A stretch of DNA of 64,000 bases, from the NCBI GenBank assembly GCA_038496445.1, contig JALMLS010000166.1:1-64000 (forward strand), in the 5' to 3' direction. The DNA comes from Trichosphaerium sp. ATCC 40318. Lineage: Eukaryota > Protista > Tubulinea. Under the pieces are notes generated by a model. The model made no database searches. It was not told where the DNA came from and worked only from the letters and a program-made list of their open reading frames with translations. Below are positions 11,931 through 26,073 of the stretch, in pieces. Each line of letters starts with the position of its first letter. Position 1 is the first letter of the stretch. The translations under genes were made by a program, and so were the position numbers.

Positions 11931-14900
11931 CTAATGCTTGCCTCTTGTCTTGCTAAGTAAATTCCTATTAATTTCTATCAACACAAGTGTGTAAGAAAAA
12001 AAAGAAAATAGTACATACCCTTCTGCACGAGGGCGTTGGTAACCAATAAAACCACTACCCAGTCCTTTTGGGTTACTTTTTGGAGACCCTTGGAAATTAG
12101 GAGGACCTCTGTGGCTATCATGAGCGATATTACTGTTAACGTATAACATACCTTGCATTAGGTGAGCCTGCTCCTCTTGGCGTCTTTCTGCGTGATGTAT
12201 AACCTAAAACGGATTAGGGGGCTTGATTCTTAGTAATTATATGGATATGGGCGGTACTTGTCGTTTCAGTCTTCCGTTCTGGATCAGGACTATTTGTGGA
12301 CGCTGCTGTGCTCGGGGAATTTGTGCTTTTGCCTTGTTTCAGCAGTGTCACAGCAACATCGCGGTCATCAGGAAAGAAGTACGATAGCATATCCTACGCC
12401 CAAGACGTTAAACAAAAATGAGAATCTCTGTGCATTCATTTACCTCTGGTGCTTTCTCTTCCCTGTATCTCTGTGAGACAGTCTCTTCAATATACTTTGC
12501 CCTGGTGTGGTATGGCCTACGATAACCTTCCTGTTGGAATCGTACGTGTCTGTAAGCATGTATTGACGTCCATCGGACAAGAGGTGCCAGCGTTGGCAGT
12601 GACAGAACCATGCCTGACACAAGGGGTCCAAACGCAGCCACTTTATCCTTCTTGTAAGTCTCAATGCGGTACAGACCATTGCTCAGAGGATACACCACAA
12701 TATGTGCGTCATTAAACTGAGATGATATCGTCTTTGGGTTGTAGTCGCGTTTATGATCAGACCATACAACCTAACACTAATTGTCAGCAACTCTTTTGAC
12801 GTTTCATCACCAGGAGTGTAGTTTATTACCTGCACGATATCATTGCCCACATGTCGCTTCTTCCCGACGTGTTTCTTGTCTTGAGGGTCCGTTGGCATGT
12901 ATGTGATACAATGAAACAACATTTCGTATTTTTCACTTGCCCAGTAAGGCGTTGCTTTTCCATCTTTTCCAGATCTAACGAGACCACCCATAAAGCCTTG
13001 ATGCTTCGCAAGCGGCACTTGCCATCCCAAACCATCTACAAATCTACAAAAGACGGTTAGGTCACCTGTCATGACAGAGAGTCGAAAAAAAAATAACGCT
13101 TACGATTGATATTGGAAAGAACCAGCAGCATTGCCCAGTATCAAGTTTTGATCCTCTTGGCTGTCACCGACGTAAACGATGCCAACCTTTAGCGTTTCAC
13201 GGCCTTTAATCCTGTCGAGTTCCTTGAGTGATCGTCTCATTCTCGAACTGTCAACCAACATGTGGAACGTTCTGCGACTCTTCTCGCTCAGGAATCCCAA
13301 GTTACGAAGCAAAAGTCGAGGTATTGCCAGTTTGGATTGAGCAGTTACAGCTCCATCCATGACAACAGTAACAGGTGATCGAGTCTCGCTAAAAACAGAG
13401 GAATTAGTCAGGTTATTGGGGGAAAACAAGGTGAGGTGGTGGGAGGAGAAGGAGGTTACTGCGCACGTTCTCTTTGTAAAGTGTGCCGCTTCTTGTTCTG
13501 TGAACTTGCCAATGTACGCTTCACACTGCTGAACTTGCGTGGAATACGATTCAGCTGGGTTTAGTGGGGTTGTAAACTTTGAAAACTTTGGAGACTTTGG
13601 TAAGATATTTTGATATTTGGCATCATAGTGCTCTAGTAAAGCGCCTAGCGGATCATGCTCGCTTAATTTTACTGCTTTATCCTATACAGTAGAAATGAAT
13701 AATAAAGTCCAGTACAAAAGAGAAAGGACTAATATAGAACCGCTTTTTCTGCGGCAATACAAAAAACTATTGAGTTTTACACGTACAGTTACGGGCTGTA
13801 GTAACGAAGGTAGCGGTTTCCAGAACTCCTGTTTGAAACTTGCATTCTTGTTGTCATTGACTAGAGAAGCAGAGTAGACGTGTTTACCCATACCATCTCG
13901 GAGTATGACCCTGGCTGTAGGAGGGTTTTTGCTTGCACTTGTCGATTTGGGCTGTATCACACCACCTGCTTCACCTGCTGCATCTGCTCCTGCCTCTATT
14001 TCTTCTTCGTCGCCCATTTGATTGACGGACACAACGAGCCTGTCGTTGTCAACGAAAAACAATGTAGGCTTCTTTGCATCAATGTCTGTTAGGAACTGAG
14101 ATACTACAGTCTCTGAGCCTACAGGTGTAGGATAGTTGTTATAATACGAAGCCACGACATGCAAAACAGTCTCGGCAGCCTCTCTAATGATGCTGCTACC
14201 GTGTGCCGGTTCTCGAAGATGTTTATCGAACAGTTTCTCCGTGTGCATCCGCTGTGTGGTGGTAGGCACTTGCGTGACTGGCGGTGTGGTAGGTGCCTTA
14301 TCTTTCTTCTTTTTCTTCTTGGTGGAGTCTGTTTCAGACATTACAATTGCAGGAGGCTCTGGTGTTGATACCATGGATGATACCACAGTATCCAAGTCAG
14401 TGGTTTTGCCAAGAATACCAATCCTTTAGTAAGAAAAAAATTAGGAGAGTTTGAAAAAGAAGCAAGGACGTTGCGTATAAAAAAATTAGTAATCGTTAAA
14501 GCAAAAAAAAAAACAGGTAAGCTGTCGTACTCTACAGCAGCCCATATCTTGTTGGCAATATCCTTGTTGCTTAACACAAGATTGGGTCTGCACACTAACC
14601 AATCAGCTAGCAAGTAAAAGTTGGCTGCTACGATCCTAGAGAGAGAATTAGAAGGTCTTAATTAATAACAATCAATTTTCCAACACATAAAAAAAAAGCG
14701 AGGAGGAATGCCGTACTTTTCCCTTGTACGCATCCTTGGGAAGAGGGTTGCGAGGTTGTCGCAGAGAAGTGATAGAATGTGAGGAATGATTTTGGGGTTG
14801 AGTCGCTCAATCTGCGAATACAACTGTGTAAGCGTCTGTAACATTTCGCATGCGGACAACGCCAATGCATCGTCTGCGTCATGCGTGTGATTAATCAAAG

Positions 14901-17900
14901 CCAACAAACATTCAGCAGTCAGCTTAGGCCTCTTATTCTTCCTGGCGAGGAGCTCTTCAAACAATAGAACTGTGATACCGCACAACACTTGATATTTAGT
15001 TGAAGGGTCAATTGTCTGAAGCGCCAGTTCTTTAAGAAGACCAGTAACAGAACTGCTAAGTTCTGCACTCGAGACCTCCCTTATGGATACACGTCAGCAC
15101 ACTGTGTGGTGAAATAGAACTAAAACGAAAGGAATAAATGCGTACCTCTGTTCGAGGATGCTAGGGACGCTAACGCCTTCAAAGTGGTTTGGTACACATA
15201 TAAGAGAGTTCAATATGGTCATAGCAGCCCTTTGCAAATCTGGTGGAGGCGATGTGCGTTGCTTGAATATGTTGGAGACTTCTTTCAAAAAGTCCGGTAT
15301 GAGCACATAACAACCTGGTAGCGAGTACGAAAATAGCATTTTAGCAGAGCATACAATAGCATCTCTGATAAGTTGGCTATCGTGACACAATCCTGATTGT
15401 ATTGCACGATAAAAGTGAGATAACAGGTCAAACGATAACGGCTTTTCGTGTTGTCCAATAAAAAGCTAAAATAATTAATATTGACCCAATCAGCAAGCAT
15501 TAAAACAAACATTCTACGGACAAAAAGAAAACTAAAAACAAAAGGAATTTATGGTGTACCTTGCACAAGGCCTTGTATGCTATTACACATCCAGGAATCT
15601 TTTTATCTGGTGCATTTGTTGCTTCTAGGAGCCAAGGTAAGAAAATATCTAACAGAGGCATTCGTCTAGGGCCTTCTGATAGTGTGAGTCTCGCTTCTCC
15701 TTCGAGCAATATGTCTATAGCTTCCGAAATGCAAGTCATGGCGAGTTGATAGTTGCTCGCATCTACGCAAGTATAGTCAGTATTGACAATGTTGTTAACC
15801 TCAATAACGAGGTTGCTACCTCATGTCGAGAACGTACCTTCTATGTCGTTGAGATTGCCGAGGATATTGAGTACAGTGAACCACATATCACGAATGTTTT
15901 GTTCGTTCCAAGTTACACCCAAAAGCTTCTTTTCTGGGCGATCTAATCCAGCAGCTTTGTCAGCTGCGCTCACATATATCAAATCTGTCAATAGACGTGT
16001 TAACTGAAGAACCTTGGCTTTCCACTGTCGAACAGTGTGCGGCCAATCGGACAGTTTACAGAAACGCTCTAACAACAAGTTATTATTATGTTATTCGAAT
16101 AAAATGTTTGCAATGAATGAACGCAGGCAAATAGTGTACCATGGAAGTTACGCCAGTTATCTTCACTAGTCCATGGCGATCGGATCCACACGAGGAGCAA
16201 GTGACCAATGATATTATCTGCAATGCTAGCAAACTCCGAATTCTTTTGTGGGTTCTTATTGAGGAAGCGAACGCATCCGTTTAATATCGTGTACTGAAGG
16301 ACTTCCCATGTTTCCCTGTCCATTTGATCGCCGTAACTCAAGGAGAACATATTGTACAAGCTCAAAATGTCCAAAAGAACATCCTTGTGCTCTCCTCTGC
16401 GTTCAATATCGGCATCAAGCAAGAATACGTTTGAGATATTCTGAATAAATGACTACGATCTATAAGTTAGATATATGCGCCTTAAATAAATTCACATGTG
16501 CTTAGACATACCTGCCAGTGTTGTTGTAAGCGCTCAGGCCTAATCACATCTGAACGTCGACTTGTCTGATGAGGAGATGATTAGATAAGATGATTCCAAT
16601 TGAATAAAAAAAATGCCAAAATGAATAAATTTTAGAAACACTTACGACAAGCCAGTATTTGTAGAGATCAAGGGACTTCCGCATTGTGCTCGCGTATTTG
16701 ACAGGAAGGAAGCAACATTGACGCGATACTTCCAATACAAATGGTGAGTTTGTGTCATCCCAGAGCAGCTGTGGATGGGAGAATTAGTGCCATTTGTGTA
16801 TGTTACACAACACAAGCTTTGAACGTTACCTGAGTGATGGACACTTTGTTTTTCCATTTATCAGCAAACATATCGATGATTGCTCTTTGTACTTCTAACG
16901 GACAGAACGCTTGGAATCCTTTACTATCATTTGGTGGTTCGAGTACCCCAAGTTGCTTGAATATACCAGGGTAAAACGCTGAAAAATAGGTTTTCTTCAA
17001 CTAAATCAAGAAAAAAACTCAGTTAGGTATGGAATCTCCTACAACTCGTAACCGTATTTTCGTACCAAGTTAAACCAGAATTTAAACGTGTTTGGGTCTT
17101 TACGTGTGAGATAGTCCAACATGAACTTCAACATGCTGATAGACTCTTCTACAGTGCTGCCGTCTGCAGACATGTGTTCGCTCGGTACAATAACCAGTGT
17201 AGGCTCAACTAACATGGCCATTAATAATTAAACCCTAGATCACAAATACTATTTGGTTCCCAACCAATTGACGTCACGCAAGGTTGAAAAGAATGAAAAC
17301 AAAAAGTATGGAAAGCGTGCAAAACACTTTTTTTTGGTCGCATAGAATTCCACGTGCCTTTGTGGGGTCTACTTGGTAATACAACTGTCAACCCAGTGAT
17401 AGCACGGACCTAAGCACTTGGTGTTAAAATTGGGTTTACAAACAAAATTGTGCGACAACTTGGTCAAGCGACCACCTACCTCTGGTACAAAAGCGTATAA
17501 ATCTATACTTGAAGCAAACAACTTACACATTTCATCCAAACCCTAATCAAACGCTTAGCCAGCCAATAATAGCATTAACAAATATGTTTTCAAAAAAATT
17601 TGTGTCATATTTGTTGTAAAGAAAAAAAAACACAAAAAATGATTTTTGAGCAAGCTGAGGTACCTCTTTTGAATCTGTGGATTGTAAAAGCGCTTCTATA
17701 AAGAGAAACAAGCATTCTAGTACAACAACACGCAAACTGGCCTACCACGTAGTGTGAGAAAATAAATTAACATGCTAAAAGCTGCTAGTATTACCTTGTT
17801 CTGTATCGCCATGACTTTTTGTACAAATGTACCTAAATAGAATGCGTTAATAACCATCATTAGAAACCAAAAACAAAGCCGAAAATGTCGGTGACTGAAT

Positions 17901-18483
17901 GCGCTGAATTTGACAGTGAAACGTTGCAGTTTGCTGTTAGAAAGCGATTTCGCTGGTAATAATATCTGCGTACTGATCTCTTTGAATTTCCACCTGTTTT
18001 TAATTTTGTCTTTCAAATGTTGTAACGTTTGCTTCAAAACTTCTAGACAAGCCAATACCTCTTGTTCATGACTCTTTTTAGTTTTATCTAAAAAACTATC
18101 GTTAACAACCAATGACCATAAGTTGCACAATACACGCCAATGGGTAAAGAATCACGCGAAAATGAGCCTAAAAAAAGGGATTGCCGTACCTTTTGATATT
18201 TCAAGCAAGTAATAAAAGGACATGAGCGTTGAATGCACAGCCTCTGCATGTTGCTGAAAGAACTCATGGATTTGATCCTCCTCCTCTTTGTCTACCTCTT
18301 CGTTAGATGTGCACGCGGGGCGTTAAATACCACTAATCTGGAAGTAAATGTACCTATAACCCTAAAGAGCGCCTTCCATCTCTTCGTTAAGTTCTTCTCG
18401 TCCAAGAACTTGCGAACGCGTTTTTTTTGTCTGTCCTTATCTTTCGAATGGACGGTAGTAAGCGCCTTCAATCGCTTACTCAT
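11931..18483 (-). CDS. RALGAPA: Ral GTPase-activating protein alpha subunit-like (Rap/Ran-GAP domain), many exons
   Basis: N-terminal RVRKFLDEKNLTKRWKALFR resembles the RalGAP-alpha start. RSLKELDRIKGRETLKVGIVYV, GFMGGL and KKRHVGNDIVQV (Asn thumb) mark the GAP domain. Confidence 0.85.
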
Positions 18484-18613
18484 TGTACATTGTCAGTTTG
18501 TTTTTTGGCAGTTATTCGACCAAGCTTTGACCAATTTACTTGCAAGTACAAAACGCTTTTTTTTTTCTTTTTGGACAAGCCATCTACCCGAAAACAGTGA
18601 AACCGAGAATCAG

Positions 18614-20094
18614 ATGGCGTATCGCATCCGTGGTGTGAAATTTTTGCCTTGCGTACGTAATCAAGCTCGTTTTACCTCTAACATGTACAGTTGGGTATAT
18701 TGGCAGCTATCAACTTAATTTATGGCATGTGGGTGTATTACTTTACACCAATTGTCATAAACGCTTGGCCTTGGCAAGTATACTATTCTCAGGCAGCGTT
18801 GCTGACCGCGTTCTGGTTTGGCGTGAATTGGGCGTACTATGCAACGTATGTCTTTTTTTTTATTTACCCAAACTAACAGCCACGTGCAGATATATGACCG
18901 ATCCTGGTCGCGTACCGGCATCACTGGTACGATACATACGTTGCAGACGTAAATTGCCTTTTTTGCCGTTTTGTTATTCTTTGTACTCACTTTACGTACG
19001 AATAGATTGAATCTGGGCGAATGACGTACTAAACATAGAGTTTAAAGACATTGTGCATTAATTTTTTTTTTGTGGCGCTGATGGGAAGACAAACATTTGC
19101 ACCAAATGCACAACACCCAAACCACCGCGTAGTCATCACTGTCGAAGGTGTGGCAGGTACAAAATATTTCACTATTTAGTCACGCTCGCATCAGGCCGCT
19201 AACAATATCGTCATTTAGATGTGTACTACGCATGGACCATCATTGTACGTTACAACGCAGCACAATCTTATTTTTTGCCAATATTAGCTAATAAGTCAGT
19301 TTTTTTCACTCTTTTTTTTGCAGGTCCTTTCACAAACTGTTGTATTGGATTCTACAACTACAAGTATTACCTCCTCATATTACTGCATGGCACAACTGCC
19401 ATTGTGGTTTATGGTGCATCGACAATGCTCCATAGTTGGGGTTGGATTCTATGGTCAGAGGTACCCATTCAGTGACCTCTTTAAAACAAAACTAAATTCG
19501 ATCTTTATAGTATCCACGAGATTATGTGTTGATGGCATTGTGGATACTTAACTTTGTTCTTGTACGCTGATGTATATATTATTTATGTGGTGTCTCATGT
19601 GCTCTATAGGGGTGCAATACATCCGGGTTGGGGCTGTTTCATATGATGATGATACTCCAAAATACGACAACAATAGAGTGGCAACAACTCGTTAGAGGCG
19701 AAGGCCCACCTCAAAAGGGGCGCTATATCTACGATCTGGGACCGATAGAGAATTGGAGACAGATAGTAGGACCGAATCCTCTGTATGTAAATTCGACAAT
19801 TTGCGATTGAAAATATTTTCATTCAAAAAAACAATTTTTCTACAATGTTTTATTTACAAGTTAACACTCACTGTAGGCTCTGGATTTTCCCAATAGGTAC
19901 GCCCTGAGGACCTAGTAATTTTAACAACGTTTAATTTTTACCCAATTTCAATTTTTTTGTTTTTAAAGCTGTCATTGTTCAGTCCGGACATCACCCTCAC
20001 CCACCACATTAAAACCGACCTAGGTAAACCGCTAGGTGATGGTCTTTCATTTCCCACATACCAAGCTCCTCAAGAAGACGAAAAAGATACATGA
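18614..20094 (+). CDS. DHHC palmitoyl-acyltransferase
   Basis: TDPG, CTKCNTPKPPRSHHCRRC, CVLRMDHHC, CIGFYNYKYY, NTTTIEW and YDLG..NWRQ motifs plus TM segments. Confidence 0.9.
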
Positions 20095-20109
20095 GTGTTG
20101 CGCATGAGT

Positions 20110-21458
20110 CTATTTTTTGGCTTGGTCTTTATGCGCCATTTTTTCCATAAGGACGCCTTGGCCATTCTCCAAATCTGGTTTTAAATTCTTTAACGCCTTA
20201 CCAAAGTCCAATGGTTTTCCTTGCAATTTGTAAATAAATAAAAAGTAGGCTTGCATAGAAAATCAAAAAAAAAGGGACTAAAATCACGTGTGTTTGTAGA
20301 ATTCTTGGTTTAAAGTATTACCTGTCTTTAGTGAAAACAGATAGTATCTATCTCCTGCTGTGTTGGGGCTTGTAAGTAAGCCTTTATCGCATATATCATC
20401 TATAATCTTCCCAACAACCCAGTCTTGATGAAAGAACATGTGTTTTGGCTTCACCTTGCTATCCATCGGATACAACACCTCCAAATAAAATCTAGCATTC
20501 TGTGGTACAGATGATTTGCCCTTAAAGTGGTACCACGATCAGCGAGGAACAAACTCATCAAAACAGCAAAGAAAACCGGAAAAAAACAAACAAAGTTGAA
20601 ATGGAATCGGTACCTTAGCCCTTTGTTTGAGTTGCATAATGCTTACACGTGTAGCGTGTTGAGACTTATATTTTTTTGAAAACAAACTAAAGTTAAATCT
20701 TGCTCGGGGCTTTGCAGCAGCTGTGCGCTGCTGCTTCGGTTTTGGTTTGTTTGGATCAGCCACAGTACACATATGAGATTCTGGAAAGCGGTGACTCAGA
20801 GGAAAGTTAGAGGTAGACGATGTGTTACATTAGAAAGTGCTTACCTCACACAAAAATTTTTGTGACACCTCTCGCATGCGATAGGTTGGACGGATGTTTT
20901 TTTACATCGTCTGAAAGTGCACGCATACACTTTGTTTGTTGATACTACCTATACCACGTACGTTAATGTTGTAACTAGTAGAACGCTGTGCGCCGTACTT
21001 TTGGGCATCCTTGATCAATGTGACGTGACATCTGCGGGATTAGTGTTAGTGTTCTTGCTTTTGGCTCTTGTAGCGCGTACTATAGCGTTTATATCTTCTC
21101 CGGGTTTTACCGACACAATTTGGTTGCACAAAGGACATGACGGAGAGATACTCTATGTTGGCGTTACTTTGGTAAAGTTTAAACTGACAATAATAACGTA
21201 CGCCCGTATTAGCTGCGCAACCATGTGCCTCTGGTCTGTAGTGTTCTTTGCAGTATTGTTTATTACATTTAGAGCAAGTAAACGGCAAAAAATCTTATGG
21301 CGTTAATATGTTATCCACACGCTAAGCGAGTACCTAATTGCCTGCACGAGGATACAGCGCATTGTTTGCCGACATCTGGGAGCTATAAACTGTATCTTAG
21401 AAGATTTGGCTTATGAAGGGTATAATTTGGTTCATTTTGAGTATTGCCGCACCTCCAT
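20110..21458 (-). CDS. ZFAND1: AN1-type zinc finger protein with C-terminal ubiquitin-like domain (ZFAND1/Cuz1-like)
   Basis: ME|LPDVGKQCAVSSCRQLD|FLPFTCSKCNKQYCKEHYRPEAHGC, second AN1 finger, then ARFYLEVLYP..MFFHQDWVVGKIIDDI. Confidence 0.8.
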
Positions 21459-22460
21459 CACCAATTGTATACAACAGAAATTTGATTGACAGCTTAACTA
21501 CGATAAAACCTTGAATAATCACAGCAATTGTTATGTGCGGTGGTAGCGTAAATACAAGTATTAGGTCCTGTATGATAGTTGTCGATTCAAAAAAGCGAAA
21601 TTCCAGAACTCGCAATGTACTCGAAAATAGAACGAAAGGCTTCCTACAACGAGCTACCCAAGTACTCGAACAGGTGTTGATGAATACGCGGCACTGGCTT
21701 CATCATGACTTGTTTGTGATTGGCGTATCATGAAAATGCACGTTTGTTACAATAGAGTCGCCACGTATGGTGTCGTATTGAGCGGAAGTAAAACCATCGA
21801 CTATTTTGCTCATTTTTTTCCGTCAATATAGCAACTACCAACATAACATGTTTTCCAGGTAAGGTGACTTCATTTTTATGGTCACCGCGTACGAAATTGC
21901 AGGAGGAAATTCACCTGCTGAATAATTATCCTTTTTAGGCCCATCACTGACAATAAACGCCACAACAGCATAGCTATAGATAGATAATGAGTGTGGCTAG
22001 TTGTAGCCTTTTCGATTTTGAGTTGTTAAACTCATCAATTTTGTCGGCTTTAAAACAAGTACAGAGAAGGGCAAGTGCCAAAACAACTCAAAACATAAGC
22101 ATTAATTCACTACTAGCAGTACTGTATAAATTTCTGATGAAAATCAAAATCAAAAATCATTTCCGCGATTAGCGCACTGTGTCTGAGTTAATTTGCGTTG
22201 TATTGAGCAATGGCTGGTGTCGCGAATGAATTCTCGCGAGTGTAATGGTACACAAACAATAAGTGACTATGCGCTAGTTGCAAATCCTCATTTTCATCGG
22301 TGTACACTGTAGTTGTAATCAATTGCAACAAGGCAATTAGACGGATAATTGTGTAAGGACCAAAGTCGCATTTGGTTGGTGGAAATTGAGTTAAAGTTAA
22401 TAAAAAGTAGTCCAAATAAGGATAAGCAAACGCAAGTAGAAGCAAAACCAGAGGTACACT

Positions 22461-25400
22461 ATGAAATACCTCGCTTTGGCTGCACTCTTCGTTGTATGTG
22501 CACTTGCTGTATCTCCAGACAGTTTCCAAGCCATTGTTTCAATTGCAAACGATCCCGACCAATCAGTACGCACTCACACCTTTACTATACATACATATCA
22601 TCACTGCTGGGTCCACAGTTCGGTGTTTCGTAGTTTTGAAGATTTATGGGGCAAAGTGGGTTGATGTTCGCCGTTGAATTCCTTCCGCCACGCCCATTTT
22701 CGTTTGTTTTGTTTTTTTTTTTACCCAAGTAACTGTTTTTCCGACCTATACCATCATCTTCCTGATTGAAATCTTACTTCCCTCTAAGGGCGTTTACGAA
22801 GCACACTACGTATTCGACGGACCAAACGAGCAAACAGCTCTACAATACATTAACCCAACTGCATCACTCCCATACCTTAGAGAAACACATATTTACTCAC
22901 AGGTGCGCAGTTTTAGTACACATTCTAGCGAAAAAGGAGAAACAAAAGAAACGAAAAACTGAAAAAATATTTTAGAAGCGCCTTTACCGTCAGTGTCCAG
23001 AAACTTGTGAAACTTTCGATGAACGCGAAGAACCACTCCCACTCATCACAACAGTTGGTGCAACTCCAAGCGATGGCGTTGAAACTTTCAGATACATTTT
23101 CGAGGATGGTGGCGAGAGATCGTATAGTTGCAAGAAATACACCCACGAATCAACACTTTCAGGCCAGAAACAAGTAAAATTCTTGTGGGTCACTAATGAT
23201 GGACTTGACGATCCTTGCAGGTACTGTTTTGTAAATGCTTCTCTTTTTACGCTATTTGTGATCCATGCTTAATTATGTAGGGTTGAATGGGGTAATGGAG
23301 CCGTATGGACCTTTAAAAACCCTCTCGCACAAGTCGGTGGAACTTTTGCTACTCTCCCTGCTGGAAACGGTGGTGGTGATGACGAAGTATTTGCTGCTAC
23401 CAATTTCCCAGAAGAGTGTTTCAAAGGATGTTCTGGTGCTCTAGAACTCATTTTCGGTACGTCAAAAACTCATACCAAGGTGGTTTTTTTTTCAATTTTT
23501 ACCTTATTCTATTGTAGTTCTTGATTCATCGAGTTCAATCAACCCAGAAGGTTGGAATCTTATTGTTACATGGGTCCGTAACGCTATTGCCCAGTTTACA
23601 ATTTCACCAACAGAAACGCGTATTGGCATCGTCTCGTACAATACGCTACCAACAGACCATACCAGCGGGAGATTGTTAAGCACACCAACGTCTGTTCAAG
23701 CCGCACTATCTGTTTTGGAGGATGTAGAAGTAACAGGTAAGAACTCGACGAGACAAAATAAGAAATGTTCATGATTTTTTTGTAGGTTTCACTTGTATTG
23801 GATGTGGTCTCAATGTTGCTGGTGGTATGATTTTCGACTCTGCACAACGTGAAATTGACTGCGGAAAAAACGCCAACATGAGCCCAACTGAACTTGCTCT
23901 ACCGTGTACAGCTCCAATTAGTGGCGTCATCAAAGCTCGCGAAGACGTACCTATTGTTGTTGTAACATTGACTGACGGCGCTGTAAATCGTCCTGATATA
24001 ACACAAGGAGAACTGGTAAATGGTGAACCTCTCTTTAATAATGCTACATACTACAACATGAATCCTACAACTTACATGAAGTACCAAATGAGTACGGGTC
24101 ACCTGTTTTTTGTCAACACATGTTTTTTTATATTTAGTCTGCCAATTTCTCACCGTCTTTTTAGGTCACTTGACTGCAGCTGGGGCTATTGGTATCTCCG
24201 TGGGTGTCACTGGAACTGATCCGGACGGAAACCCTAGATCAAACCCAGACGATTTGTTGGTCCTCGCTCAAGGTGACAGTTCTCGCAGTATCTCCATTGA
24301 AGAACTTGATCGTTTGGAGGGTATCACACAAAAACTTATTAGCCTCGCTTGCTCTACAACCAAAAAGTGCAACGGAGCGTGCACTTCGTTCTGTGGATGT
24401 GAGAACAAGTGTGAATGCCCTGTTGACTGTGGCGATCAAAATCCTTGCACGGAAGACATATGCCCTAACGCTAATGTTGGCTGTGTAAACAATAACCCAC
24501 ATAAAAAAGGCCCGAACGGTTTGGAACAATGTGATGATTCAAACAAGTGTACCGCCGACGAGTGTGTAAAAGATATAGACAATCCGAGAAATGATCCAAT
24601 CAAGGATGCTGATGGCAATTTCAATCCTTTTGCCCCTGAATGCAAGCGCACACCTTCACAGGAAGCCATAGATTGCGAAGACAATGATCAATGTACAGCG
24701 AATCGGTGCGACCCTTTGGTAGGTTGCCAAGTTGTCAATCAAACCAATTTATGCACTGCTCCAAATACGTGCAGTAGCCCTGGTTGTCAAGCATCAGGCA
24801 ACGATACAGCAACCAACAACGGTGTTCCTGGATGTTTCTACAAAATCATACCTGGTGCTGATTGTACCGCTTGTCAGATACTTGTGGCAGGAGAAGAACC
24901 AATACCAGTCAATTGCGATCTGAATAGCACTGTAAACATTTGTCTTGGTCGTGATCAAGTTGGTGTTGCCAATGATACCGATGGTAACCGTGGTGCCTGT
25001 GAAGACAAGTGCAACACTTACACTTGTCAACCTGTTCTCGATACCGTTGGTGATGCCACTTGTGTCCCTACTGCTAGAAGGGACTGTGACGACTCCAATA
25101 TGTGCACTTTAGCTGAGTGCGTTTCTGCCACCGGTACGTTGATTTGTTGTATTCCTCCTCAAATTGCTCATTCTTATTTCTTTGTTTAGGCGAGTGTGCT
25201 TATGAAGATATAAGCAAGAATGTCAGCCAAACTTGCGGCAACGTCACAAACATGTGCCAAGACCGATGGTGCGACAGTGAACTTGGTTGTCAATTTGAAG
25301 AGATCAACGCTACTGCTGTTTGTGATGATGGTGATCCATGTACCATTGACACATGTTTCCCAAGTGCTGCTTCTGTCGATGAACGTTGTGTTTACATCAA

Positions 25401-25884
25401 TGTCACCGAGGCTGTCTGTGCGCCGGCCCTTAATGGATCTTTCTGCAAAATTCCAGTTTGCAAGGGAGGAGAGTGTGACTTTACTGAGCGCGAATGTCCT
25501 GCTATACCAGGTAGGTGCGGTGTTGAAATCTGTAATGAAACAACTGCGCAGTGCGACGTCATTGATTTTGCCTGTAACCTCTTTAATGCCCCAAGTGCTG
25601 TAACTGAACAGGGTGTACTTACTGCTGGTGTACGTATTTTTTTTTTGTGACTGCCAAGATTGTTGGTATTTTTTTTTTCTCAGCATGTAGTTCTAAATAT
25701 TGTCCTGTAGGCCGTTGCTGCGCTCATTATCGCCCTCATTGTCGTCGCTGCTGCTGTTACTGTTGGAGGCGCATACGGTGTATCCGTTTATGCCAATGAT
25801 GGTACTGCTATTGCCGCTGGTAACACAAGTCCAGTTTACACCCCTGATGGCAATTCTGGTTCCAACGTCCTATACAATGGTTAA
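22461..25884 (+). CDS. Type I membrane protein: signal peptide, vWA domain, Cys-rich (Dictyostelium-type CxDxNxCTxDxC) repeats, TM, short tail
   Basis: MKYLALAALFVVCALA; IFVLDSSSSI (MIDAS DxSxS); VVVTLTDG; CDDSNKCTADEC and CDDGDPCTIDTC repeats; TM AVAALIIALIVVAAAVTVGG; tail SPVY..NVLY. Confidence 0.8.
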
Positions 25885-26073
25885 AAGGGATCCCGAATTC
25901 ATTCTACACGTTTTAGTTATTAAAAAAAAACAATCTTTACACTGTAAATTAAACACAGTTCTTGTTCTTCTCGTCTTGTTGTTTTTTTTTTGGTTGCTTA
26001 AATCAAAATTGTTTAAGCTCGTCCTACTCACTTTGACTTGTAACAATCAAGAAGCCCCTTGAAGTTGTAGGCT

